DNA of 17,021 bases from Planctomycetota bacterium (GCA_045863855.1 BTVV01000133.1:1-17021), one strand, 5' to 3'. Positions 1 through 8,234 are shown, counted from the stretch's first letter. Translations and numbers: made by a program. Notes: generated from the sequence alone by a model not told the origin.

Positions 1-192
1 GAGCGGTAAAGCGATTTTCGGGCCACTTAATATCGCCCGCCGTGGTCTCAGAGGAGAACAGAAGCACTGTAGTTCAAGCAACCTTTTGGGACGGTCCTGC
101 TCTTTGACAATCGAGAGGCGAAACAGCGCACACGCGGGTCGGCATGACCTCGTGCTCCAGGTACGACTTCGGACGCGAATGAGTACGCGCGA

Positions 193-243
193 CTCCCGGC
201 AGTAGTGCTTGAGCCAGCCGCCCAATAATTCCTGACATTGGAC
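193..243 (-). pseudogene. Possible C-terminal scrap of an integrase-core (IS481/IS3-like) transposase
   Basis: Minus-strand frame reads VQCQELLGGWLKHYCRE directly after an in-frame TAA; resembles the recalled C-terminal motif CRERLGGLLKHYYREAA of integrase-core proteins. Only 17 codons. Confidence 0.3.
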
Positions 244-270
244 TTATCTGGCCTTGACGCTCCGCATTTA

Positions 271-627
271 CACTTGGGGAAGGGAGCGACAGGAGCGTGT
301 AGCCCGCAAAGAAAACATGATGCGGACACGACGGACTGCTAAAAACATGCAAACCTCTCTGCGGGGAATAGCAAGCAGGGCGGGTGAGGACGGGAAGCCC
401 GATTTCGGGACCTCTATGGGCTGCTCAACTAAGGAAACCTGTTTTGGTGCTTCTATCAACTGAACAAGAACGCAGCGGCAGGAGTTGACAAGGTAGCGTT
501 CCAGGAATGCGAACGCGACTTGGAGACCAACTTGTCGAATCTGGTGGAGCGGCTCAATCGGAAACGCTTTTGGGCAAGACTGGTGCGTCGGAAGTACACT
601 CCGAAGGCGAACGGCAATTTCCGTCCT
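271..627 (+). mobile_element. Group II intron remnant (RNA segment upstream of the ORF plus 5' part of the RT gene)
   Basis: GGGGAAGGGAGCGACAGGAGCGTGTAGCCCGCAAAG precedes the RT start and resembles the sequence recalled upstream of intron-encoded proteins; the RT N-terminus follows. No domain V/VI is visible downstream. Confidence 0.7.
347..627 (+). pseudogene. ltrA: Group II intron reverse transcriptase/maturase, N-terminal fragment (frameshift, internal stop, truncated)
   Basis: ATG 347 MQTSLRGIASRAGEDGK, frameshift near 398-400, then RFRDLYGLLN*GNLFWCFYQLNKNAAAGVDKVAFQECERDLETNLSNLVERLNRKRFWARLVRRKYTPKANGNFRP (TAA at 430-432). Contains RT0 (AAGVD) and RT1/2 (RRKYxPKxNG..RP) motifs; homology stops before the expected LGIP. 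Confidence 0.88.
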
Positions 628-763
628 CGCCGCCTTGGCCCGTGCCGTCCTTTGCCCGGTACCAGTCGTAGCCGTGGGTGCTTGTCCAAGGTGAACGTCG
701 TCAAACGCCACCAAGAAGCAAATAAGAGGTGCGGGGCATTCGGCGTCAGGCCGTGGTTGACCC

Positions 764-2662
764 TTACGCGCGTGTGGGGAGCGGAGCACACTTCAGGGTC
801 TGGCCGTCCCAGGTTACGGTCACGTCGCCCTTCGCAGACCATTTCGTCTTCACCTTCGGCGCTAGGAGCAGATCGGGTAGGGCGGCGGCAGCCCAAGTGA
901 GGCAAACGAGGCGCGTGGTTTTCCCGGCGGGAAGACTCGCTTCGAGGGCAGGGGTGATGGCGCGGTCCCAGACGCCGTTGAGTTGTTCATTGCCGCGGAA
1001 GCCCTGGGCGCGGAAGGCCCGGGCGTAGCCTTGGAGTCCCTGAATGAGCGAGGCGCGCGCGCCGCAGCGGGCGAGGCTGAGGAGTGCCTTGCGATCCACG
1101 CGCTTGGCGGGCGCCTGCCCCGGCGCGTAGCCGAGGGCCGCGCCGCCTTCAACGGCCAGCAGGCGCGCCGCTCCGCGTGGCACGGCAAGGCGATGTAGGC
1201 GCAGGCACTTTTCGCCTCGAGGGATCAGAATCGTTTCACAGGTAATGGCGTGCAATCCGACCTGGAGTGTGTAGCGCGCGCGGAGGTATTCGGCTTCGGT
1301 GCAGAAGTCTTCGTAGCAGCCCGGATGCACCCAATGGTCGCCGTCGGTGAGGCAGAGCGCGGAATCGGGTCCGAAGTCGCCTTCGACGCTGCCGAAATCC
1401 ACGGGGAAAAGCGAGCCGTAGAGGAACTTGCCGTACTTGGCGGCGTATTCGCCGCGCCCGTGCTGGGTACCCAAGCTGTAGCGGAGGATGTGCCCGCCCT
1501 GGCGGACACCTTCCACGATCCAGCCGGCTGGGACTACGACGCGGCGAAAGTCGGCTCGTTCAACGGGGAGTGGCTCCTCGGGGCAGATCCAGAACGGATG
1601 CTGCTCTGGAATCTGCCAGAGCGCGGCGAAGGCGTGCATGCACCAATAGGGATGTCCGGTGTTGATATAGCCGTCACGGACGGCGGGATGCCCGAACTCG
1701 GAGAGTTCCTGGCGCACGGTGTCGAAGCGGCGGTCCACGGCGCCTTGGTAGTCGTAGTAGGCCAAGTGCCTGCGGACGATCCGCTGGAGCATGCCGGTCT
1801 CGTGAGGCCAATCGTCTTCGCGCAGGGCGTGAAGCGCGCAGCCCAATCGGCCGAATTTATAAGAGAGGCTGCGCCCGTACTCGCTGTAGGAACCGTCGGC
1901 GCCGAAAAAACAGGGAAAATCTTCGAGCCTTCGGCGGATGCGTGCGCGGATGCGGCGAACACGCTCGGGATCGGACGCGCCGTCCATCTGCATCCAGAAC
2001 TGCTCGTGCGTGCCGAAGACCCACCAGTTGTAGTCGTCGAAGTACGCTTCGGGCCCGTCGGTCATCCACCCGTCTCCGCGGTCGAGGGATTCGATGCGTG
2101 CCCAGGCATCGTCGATGACGTCTTGGCGATAAGGCCAGCCCAATGCTTTGCGCGCGGCATGGTTGACGATCCAGAAGAGATTCCAGTTTCCGCGGACGAG
2201 ATCCCCGGAGCCGAAATAGTCGAGCCAGTCGCGGAAGCATTCGCGCGCTCGCTCGGGGAGTTCGTGCAGAAGCGTGTCGCGGAGTAGCCATGCGCCGTAC
2301 GCGAGCACACTCGATTCGACCGTCCGCTGCTCCCGCCGCGGGTATTCCTCGCGCCCCCAGAAGCCAGGCGCATCGGGGTCAAAGGCGCAGAGGAGGATCG
2401 AGCGGGCGAGTTCGTCGAGGTGGATGGTATGTCCGCGCCAAGCGAGCGCACGCGGGCGCGCCGGGTTTGCCAGCCAGGCGGCCAGAGCGGGAAAGAAGCG
2501 AGAGGAGGCGTCCCAAGCGCCGCCGTGGTCGGAGGGGTTCTTGTGCCCGTAGAGCCAGACACGCACGCGGGTGTCGTCGAGCGCGCGTTCGTAGCCGTGG
2601 CAGAGACGGGCGAAGTAGTTTCGGGCGTACGTGTGGAAGTCGAAGTCGCTGGGGCGTGGCAT
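764..2662 (-). CDS. DUF2264 domain protein (GH154-like putative glycosidase), about 632 aa
   Basis: Motifs QRTVES, GNWNLF, GDGWMTDG..FDDYNWWVF, YGRSLSYKFG and YINTGHPYW match the DUF2264 pattern. Start placed at ATG 2662 (MPRPSDF) with GGAG 9 nt upstream. No signal peptide. Confidence 0.85.
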   Translation of the reverse strand: MPRPSDFDFHTYARNYFARLCHGYERALDDTRVRVWLYGHKNPSDHGGAWDASSRFFPALAAWLANPARPRALAWRGHTIHLDELARSILLCAFDPDAPGFWGREEYPRREQRTVESSVLAYGAWLLRDTLLHELPERARECFRDWLDYFGSGDLVRGNWNLFWIVNHAARKALGWPYRQDVIDDAWARIESLDRGDGWMTDGPEAYFDDYNWWVFGTHEQFWMQMDGASDPERVRRIRARIRRRLEDFPCFFGADGSYSEYGRSLSYKFGRLGCALHALREDDWPHETGMLQRIVRRHLAYYDYQGAVDRRFDTVRQELSEFGHPAVRDGYINTGHPYWCMHAFAALWQIPEQHPFWICPEEPLPVERADFRRVVVPAGWIVEGVRQGGHILRYSLGTQHGRGEYAAKYGKFLYGSLFPVDFGSVEGDFGPDSALCLTDGDHWVHPGCYEDFCTEAEYLRARYTLQVGLHAITCETILIPRGEKCLRLHRLAVPRGAARLLAVEGGAALGYAPGQAPAKRVDRKALLSLARCGARASLIQGLQGYARAFRAQGFRGNEQLNGVWDRAITPALEASLPAGKTTRLVCLTWAAAALPDLLLAPKVKTKWSAKGDVTVTWDGQTLKCAPLPTRA

Positions 2663-2894
2663 ACCAGAAAGCTCCACATGAAACTGAGATCCGCAGTATA
2701 CCGAAAGGCGGTGGTGCGATACGGGAAACTCGCGACACTTGACGCGGCTAGAACTCGAAACGGAAACGAGCATATGGAACCAGGCACCTACAGATTCCAT
2801 CGCCGGACAACAGCTACTCTCCGTCGGCTCGCCACCGTGCCAGTTCTCGCCCCTGCTGCATTCAGTTGCACTTCTCGTGCTCAGTGGCGGCAAT

Positions 2895-2912
2895 AATTTC
2901 CAAACAGCCTCA
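2895..2912 (-). mobile_element. Orphan IS5-family-like terminal repeat
   Basis: Reverse complement TGAGGCTGTTTGGAAATT resembles recalled IS5/IS1031-group ends (GAGGCTGTTTGAAAA); no transposase or partner end nearby. Confidence 0.25.
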
Positions 2913-2945
2913 TCCATCTCACGCGCAAACACTATCAGCCGAGTC

Positions 2946-3002
2946 GTAAACCGTCCCCCCATTCGATTGGACAGGGGCTAAGAAGCGGGCACCTTAGAGG
3001 AG
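2946..3002 (+). mobile_element. Orphan IS3-family-like left end stub
   Basis: GTAAACCGTCCCCCCATTCGATTGGACAG resembles IS3-type IRs (C-run followed by TTGGACA), followed by an RBS-like GAGGAG with no start codon. The terminal base is C rather than the expected T. Confidence 0.3.
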
Positions 3003-3058
3003 GGGCTCGGCGGCCCCATACTCAGCGCCGCCACCTGCGGATTCACCGCGCCGGTTCC

Positions 3059-3350
3059 TCAGCGTTCCAATGTGATCCCGCGGTCGCGGTACATTTGCCA
3101 AAATAGAATCCAAGGGCCGAGCAGCACTTCGTCGCTGCCGTCGCGTACCCGGAAGACGAAATGGCTGTACTCGCGCCTGCTCACCCGCACCCCGCCGCCG
3201 TCAGCCAGTAGCGCCCCCGCCGTGATCGGTTTGTGCTCGGGCACGTACAGCCGACTGAGATGGTGAACTTGGATCACCCACTCCGCGCCGTTGGGCCAGC
3301 GATGTACCACGCGCCAGCGGTTGTTGTTATCGCCCTTCGCGGGTGACCTT
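3059..3350 (-). pseudogene. 5'-truncated fragment with an M23 peptidase-like C-terminal domain
   Basis: WVIQVHHLSRLYV..HKPITAGALLA..GG..YSHFVFRVRDG..LLGPW parallels M23 YAHLS..V..GQ.V.AGQ.IG..G..PHLHFEVR..DP; the second His of HxH is absent. No credible start or RBS; 5' boundary approximate. Confidence 0.35.
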
Positions 3351-3565
3351 GCTGCCGCCGCTGAAATCCAACGGGACCTGCCGTTCGGCCTACTTGCGCA
3401 TCGCCTACTCATTGGATTTCGGGCCTGCCCCCTCTTCTTTCTCGACAAATTTCAGATCCGCTTCAAAGACATATTCTCCGTATTGCAAACGACTTTCCGT
3501 AGAAAGCGCTCACACGCAGCAGGAACTAGGTATGACTTCAAGGCGAAGTGGTACATGCCCCAAGC

Positions 3566-3592
3566 CTGACGCCGAATTCAGAAAACATTCAG
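3566..3592 (+). promoter_or_regulatory. Candidate response-regulator binding site upstream of the two-component operon
   Basis: CTGAC-GCCGAA-TTCAG (TGAC-N6-TTCA, one mismatch to the CusR-box core TGAC-N6-GTCA) overlaps the 11-bp-period direct repeat ATTCAG-AAAAC-ATTCAG, 55 nt upstream of the regulator start. Confidence 0.45.
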
Positions 3593-3647
3593 TAGGTCTG
3601 TCGCAACGGGGCATACACAATGGTGAGTAGCAGGAGGATAAGGTAAG

Positions 3648-4331
3648 GTGCGCATTCTCGTAGTCGAAGACGAGCCCAAGGTCGCGCGAGCTCTGAAGCA
3701 AGGTCTCGAAGGCGAACACTACGACGTCGACGTCGCGACCTCGGGCGAAGAGGGCTTTTTCCGTCTCAATGCCGAGACCTTCGACCTGATCGTTCTCGAT
3801 CTCATGCTCCCCGGCCGCGACGGGCTGGAGGTCCTCTCCACCATGCGTAAGCGCTGCATCCAGTCGCCGGTTCTCATCCTCACCGCGAAAGACGCGGTCG
3901 AGGACCGGGTGATCGGTTTGGATTGCGGTGCCGACGACTACCTGGTGAAACCCTTCGCCTTCCCGGAACTCGTTGCCAGGATTCGAGCGCTCCTGCGGCG
4001 CGGGCGCGCGGATAGCGTGCTGCGTCTCAAGGCGGCGGATCTGGAGATTGATCTGGTCACAAGAACGGTCAGTCGTGGAGGCGAGGCCATGGACCTCACG
4101 CCGCGCGAGTTCGAACTCTTGGAGTACCTCCTGCGCTACCACCGGCAGGTGGTTTCGCGCGAGATGCTTGCACGTGACGTCTGGAAGGAGATCTCCCGCG
4201 CGACCCCTCTCGACAACGTCATCGACGTCCACGTCGCCCGACTGCGAAAAAAAGTCGACCAGGATCGGAAGGTGAAACTCATCCAGACGGTTCGCGGCGT
4301 GGGCTTCGTCTTGCGGGAGGGCGAAGCATGA
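3648..4331 (+). CDS. OmpR-family DNA-binding response regulator (CusR/CzcR-like), 227 aa
   Basis: MRILVVEDE, DLIVLDLMLPG (phosphoacceptor Asp), GADDYLVKPF, winged helix LTPREFELLEYL..NVIDVHVARLRKKVD..IQTVRGVGF; AGGAGG RBS and GTG start. Confidence 0.96.
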   Translation: MRILVVEDEPKVARALKQGLEGEHYDVDVATSGEEGFFRLNAETFDLIVLDLMLPGRDGLEVLSTMRKRCIQSPVLILTAKDAVEDRVIGLDCGADDYLVKPFAFPELVARIRALLRRGRADSVLRLKAADLEIDLVTRTVSRGGEAMDLTPREFELLEYLLRYHRQVVSREMLARDVWKEISRATPLDNVIDVHVARLRKKVDQDRKVKLIQTVRGVGFVLREGEA

Positions 4332-5767
4332 ACCCGCGCCGGTTGTCACGAAGCATTCGGGCGCGCCTGACGTTGTGGTACGCCATGGTACTTGCCGCAA
4401 TCCTCCTCGCCTATGCCGGTGGGACCTATCTCTTTCTTCGGCAGAACCTTTATGCAGAGCTTGACCGGCAACTCCACGACGACTTCGAGGCCGTCGAGGA
4501 AAGTCTCGAACGGGGAGAGGATGGCATAATCCACCGCAGGGGCCGCAGCGATTCGCACCACCACGACGGGAACGCACCCGGCGAGCGATGGGTCGAAGTC
4601 CGGGATCGAGATGGGGTGCTACTCTACTGGGAAGGACCGTCGGAACCCGCCCTGCCGTTTGCCCCGAGTGTTGGTCGAAACCTCGACGTTACCGGCGTAG
4701 AGACCGCCGCCACGGAAGCGGGTGCGGTTCTGCGGGTTCGCAGCGCACCTTACCAAATCGGAGAGCTATCCGTGTTGATCCGCGTGGCCCGCTCGGAGGC
4801 GCGCCTGCGCCATGAGCTGGGTGAATTCATGGCCGGGATGGGGTTCGGTCTGCCGGTCGCTGTGCTCCTTGCCTGCGGCGGCGGCTATTTCCTTGCCGGT
4901 CGTGCCTTGAAACCCGTGGGACAGATGGCGGCTCAGGCGAACACCATCACGGCCGAACGCCTTGGGGAGCGCCTTCCCATAGAGAACCCGGACGACGAAC
5001 TTGGCAAGCTCGGAACAGTCTTCAACGAAACTCTGGCGCGACTGGAACAGGCATTCGACTCCCTGCGCCGATTCACGGCGGACGCGGCCCACGAATTGCG
5101 GACCCCCCTCACGGCGCTTCGTAGCGTCGGCGAAGTGGGACTGCGCGAATCTAAGGACGAGCAGGCCTGCCGCGAAGTCATCGGCAGCATGCTCGAGGAG
5201 GCTGACCGTCTCACCCGTCTCGTGGAGACGTTGCTTACCCTCTCGCGCGCGGACGGCGGCCGCATCGAGGTGAGGCCGCAACGCCTGAACCTAAAGCGAT
5301 TCGCACAAGAGATGGCGGAATACCTGGGCGTCCTTGCCGAGGAGAAGCGGCAGCGGATGGTCGTCGAAGGAGAGGACGACGTATTCGTCCGGGGCGATCC
5401 TCTTCTGCTGCGCCAGGCGGCTCTCAACGTCCTCGACAACGCCATCAAATACAGCCCGGAAGGTTCGCAAATCCGACTCGTCGCGGGCATGGACGCCGGG
5501 CAGGCGATACTCGGCGTCATCGACCAGGGACCGGGCATCGAAGCCGAACACCTGAAGCGGATATTCGACCGCTTCTACCGGGTCGACAAGGCGCGCTCAC
5601 GGCTCACCGGCGGCGCGGGCCTGGGGCTTTCCATCGCCCAGTGGGCAATCCAGGCATGCGGCGGAACGATAGAAGTGGACAGTCAGGTCGGAGGCGGAAG
5701 CCGCTTCAGCCTTCGGTTGCCCATATCGGATAACGAAGGCGATGACGTCCAAAACATCCACACATAA
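4328..5767 (+). CDS. Sensor histidine kinase (CusS/CzcS-like; 2 TM, HAMP, HisKA, HATPase), 479 aa
   Basis: SIRARLTLWY + TM1, TM2, HAMP (DDELGKLGTVFN), H-box FTADAAHELRTPL, N-box NVLDNAIKYS, G1 DQGPGI, F-box IFDRFYR, G2 GAGLGLSIA; ATGA overlap with the regulator. Confidence 0.96.
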   Translation: MNPRRLSRSIRARLTLWYAMVLAAILLAYAGGTYLFLRQNLYAELDRQLHDDFEAVEESLERGEDGIIHRRGRSDSHHHDGNAPGERWVEVRDRDGVLLYWEGPSEPALPFAPSVGRNLDVTGVETAATEAGAVLRVRSAPYQIGELSVLIRVARSEARLRHELGEFMAGMGFGLPVAVLLACGGGYFLAGRALKPVGQMAAQANTITAERLGERLPIENPDDELGKLGTVFNETLARLEQAFDSLRRFTADAAHELRTPLTALRSVGEVGLRESKDEQACREVIGSMLEEADRLTRLVETLLTLSRADGGRIEVRPQRLNLKRFAQEMAEYLGVLAEEKRQRMVVEGEDDVFVRGDPLLLRQAALNVLDNAIKYSPEGSQIRLVAGMDAGQAILGVIDQGPGIEAEHLKRIFDRFYRVDKARSRLTGGAGLGLSIAQWAIQACGGTIEVDSQVGGGSRFSLRLPISDNEGDDVQNIHT

Positions 5768-5780
5768 AAGGAGAACACCC

Positions 5781-8234
5781 ATGCGATACTTGTTACAAGC
5801 ACCATCAGCCCTGGCAATCATTCTCATGATGGCCGGGTGCGTGTCACCTTCGAGGGGAGAAGAGCCAACCGCCAAGATCTCTGCCAACCAGGCCGTACGC
5901 GCCTACGTCACCAACTTTGGAGGAGACGGCGTGTCGGTCATCGATCCGTCCTCCAAGCGTCTCGTGGCGCACGTGCAAACGGGTTCCAAGCCTCACGGGG
6001 TCGCCATCGCACCTGATGGCACCGCCGTCTACGTCTCCAACGAAGGAGACGGCACGGTATCCTTAATCGATCCCCGAAAAAACGAGGTCACAGGCACCAT
6101 CGAGGTCGGCAAAGCGCCGAACCAGATCGATGTTTCCGCCGATGGGCGTCATCTCTTCGTGACGCTCCACGAACAGGGTGCGCTCGCCATAGTCGACGTG
6201 GAACAGAGAAAGGTTGCCAAGATCGTTCCCGTCGGCCGCGCGCCGCACATCGCGCTACGCAGCCCGGATGGCTCGCGCATCTACGTGACAAGCGAGGGAG
6301 ACATGAAGGTTGTGATTGTCGACGCCCGGAGTTGGGAGGTGACCGCCGAGGTTCCCCTGCTGGCCTTTCCGCGCGTGCTCGCTGTCACGCCCGACGGCCG
6401 CAAGCTCTATCAGACCATGCGCTGGTTGAACGGCGCTTTGGTGATCGATCTGGAGAAGAAGGATGTTGTGGATCGAATTGCTCTTGGAGAGCCCGTGTTC
6501 GCGTCCCAGGGGAAAGACGCGCACGGCATCGGCGTGACCCCCGACGGCTCACGCCTCTGGATCACCACGCAAACCACCAACTCGGTCACCATCATCGACA
6601 CGGCCAGCCACAAGGTTAAAGACCGCATCGAAGTCGGCAAAGACCCGAACTGGATCGGCTTCACGCCGGACGGTCGCTTTGCCGTGATCAGCAATACCGG
6701 TTCGAACGATGCCAGCATCGTGGAGGTCTCCAGCCTGAAGGTGGTCGGCACCGTTTCCGTGGGACGGTCTCCGAAGCGCCTTGCGGTCGGTGTCGTTGTC
6801 GTCGGAGAGGGGCTTGGCCACGCGCTTCCACGGCTGGAGTCATCCCCGGTCGTCGATGCCCCGACAATCGACGGAAGGGCCGACGATGTGGCTTGGCAGA
6901 ATGCGCGGCCTGTCGAGGTACAGGCGCGCGTCGTCTGGCCGAAGACGGAGGACCGGAGCGTTCCGGTGGTCCTCAAGTCCGTGCGCACGAAGGAGGATAT
7001 CTATTTCCTCATCCGTTGGAAGGACGAGACCAAGGACGATGCGGCGCACAAGCCCTGGGTGTGGAACACGGAGAAGGGCAGCTACGAGTCAGGACCGGAG
7101 CGCGAGGACATGTTCGCCCTCGCTTTCGAGCATACCGGCGTCTTCAGCGGCCACATGCTGTCGGGTGACCCGGCGATATGGGACATCTGGCACTGGAAAG
7201 CGACACGGACCAACCCGCAGGGCCAGGCCATGGACAAGACCCACCACTACACGCTGGAGAAGCCCGCAGGGAAGGCCAACTCGTACCCGGCGCTGAACGG
7301 GAAGACGATCTGGATCGCCCGGCCGGAGGACGCCGGAGATACGATTGAAAAGAAGCAAGCCGCGCCGAAGGAACGTCAGGGTGATCGCGTTCCGCAGTAT
7401 CTGCCAGGGACGCCAAGTGAAAGCGCGGCGGATGTGAGCGCCAAGGGGGCATGGGTCGACGGTTGGTGGACGCTCGAACTCAAGCGGAAACTCGACACCG
7501 GGCACGCCGACGACACGGCGTTCGATCCGGCGCGAACCTATCGCATGGCGGTGTCCGTGCACGACCGCACGGGTGACATGGACAAGGCCTCCGGGGTGAT
7601 CGAGCTCGTCTTCGTTTCCGCCTCGTCCGAGCGGCATGGCACCCGTACTCGTAAATGGCCGTTCGATGACGATACCGTCGGTCGGCTGCCGGAAGGTTGG
7701 AAAGCGGAAGGCACGAATCAACGCGGGCCCGTGGCGACATGGATGGTCAAGGCGGACGAGAGCGTCGCTTCGAAGCCGAACGTTCTCGCGCTCACCGATA
7801 CCCGGGAGGGCTCCGGCGGCACCTTCAATCTCTGTTGGAGCGACCGTGTGAAGTTCCAGGACGGCGTGATCGAGGTGAAGGTGAAGGCGGGCACTGGTCG
7901 TGTGGACCAGGGAGGCGGTCCCGTCTGGCGGGTCCAGGACAAGGACAACTACTACGTCGCGCGCTGGAACCCTCTGGAGGACAACTTCCGCCTTTACTAC
8001 GTCAAGGACGGCCGTCGTGTCCAGCTCGACAGCGCCGACGTGGATGCCGATCCGGCGGGGTGGCACACGATCCGGATCGAGCAGAAGGAAGACGAGATCA
8101 AGTGCTCCCTCGATGGCAAGGAGCTCTTGAAGTCCCAGGACAAGACGTTCCAAGAAGCCGGTGGCGTGGGCCTCTGGACCAAGGCGGACGCGGCCACATC
8201 TTTCGACGATCTGACTATCGATCCCAACCGATGA
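5781..8234 (+). CDS. Predicted lipoprotein: YVTN beta-propeller + ethylbenzene-dehydrogenase-related (EB_dh/DOMON-like) heme domain + DUF1080-like domain, about 817 aa
   Basis: AAGGAGA RBS, ATG 5781, hydrophobic leader ending MAG-C20. About seven YV(T/S)N..D.TVSVID / G..P.G.A.TPDG repeats (about 5895-6790). PTIDG..D.AW, IYFLIRWKD, EDMFALAF, DIWHWKATRTNP, GWWTLELKRKLDTG (about 6855-7615). DQGGGPVWRVQDKDNYYVARWNPLEDN, WHTIRIE, GGVGLWTKADAATSFDDL (about 7650-8231). Confidence 0.85.
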   Translation: MRYLLQAPSALAIILMMAGCVSPSRGEEPTAKISANQAVRAYVTNFGGDGVSVIDPSSKRLVAHVQTGSKPHGVAIAPDGTAVYVSNEGDGTVSLIDPRKNEVTGTIEVGKAPNQIDVSADGRHLFVTLHEQGALAIVDVEQRKVAKIVPVGRAPHIALRSPDGSRIYVTSEGDMKVVIVDARSWEVTAEVPLLAFPRVLAVTPDGRKLYQTMRWLNGALVIDLEKKDVVDRIALGEPVFASQGKDAHGIGVTPDGSRLWITTQTTNSVTIIDTASHKVKDRIEVGKDPNWIGFTPDGRFAVISNTGSNDASIVEVSSLKVVGTVSVGRSPKRLAVGVVVVGEGLGHALPRLESSPVVDAPTIDGRADDVAWQNARPVEVQARVVWPKTEDRSVPVVLKSVRTKEDIYFLIRWKDETKDDAAHKPWVWNTEKGSYESGPEREDMFALAFEHTGVFSGHMLSGDPAIWDIWHWKATRTNPQGQAMDKTHHYTLEKPAGKANSYPALNGKTIWIARPEDAGDTIEKKQAAPKERQGDRVPQYLPGTPSESAADVSAKGAWVDGWWTLELKRKLDTGHADDTAFDPARTYRMAVSVHDRTGDMDKASGVIELVFVSASSERHGTRTRKWPFDDDTVGRLPEGWKAEGTNQRGPVATWMVKADESVASKPNVLALTDTREGSGGTFNLCWSDRVKFQDGVIEVKVKAGTGRVDQGGGPVWRVQDKDNYYVARWNPLEDNFRLYYVKDGRRVQLDSADVDADPAGWHTIRIEQKEDEIKCSLDGKELLKSQDKTFQEAGGVGLWTKADAATSFDDLTIDPNR

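Noticed and set aside
74..352. GRLAQALLPGVA as a REP-associated tyrosine transposase N-terminus
   Set aside because: Lacks the following HH(V/I)TQRG motif; another frame explains the segment at least as well.
628..900. C-terminal part of ORF 520-900 as a continuation of the RT
   Set aside because: RT similarity ends at 627; the remainder is Arg/Ser-rich read-through, partly antisense to the DUF2264 gene.
1250..2287. 345-aa plus-strand ORF
   Set aside because: Antisense shadow of the DUF2264 gene; no motifs.
2663..2962. 100-aa N-terminal extension of the DUF2264 ORF in the track
   Set aside because: Atypical composition, runs through IS-end-like motifs, and a better start with RBS exists at 2662.
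3405..3510. Minus-frame peptide ALSTESRLQYGEYVFEADLKFVEKEEGAGPKSNE* as a gene remnant
   Set aside because: Protein-like but short, bounded by stops, and no family is recognisable.
3510..4577. 355-aa minus-strand ORF
   Set aside because: Antisense shadow of the response regulator and kinase.
5895..6790. Periodic DNA similarity as a repeat array or CRISPR
   Set aside because: Degenerate, in-frame, and explained by beta-propeller blade repeats.
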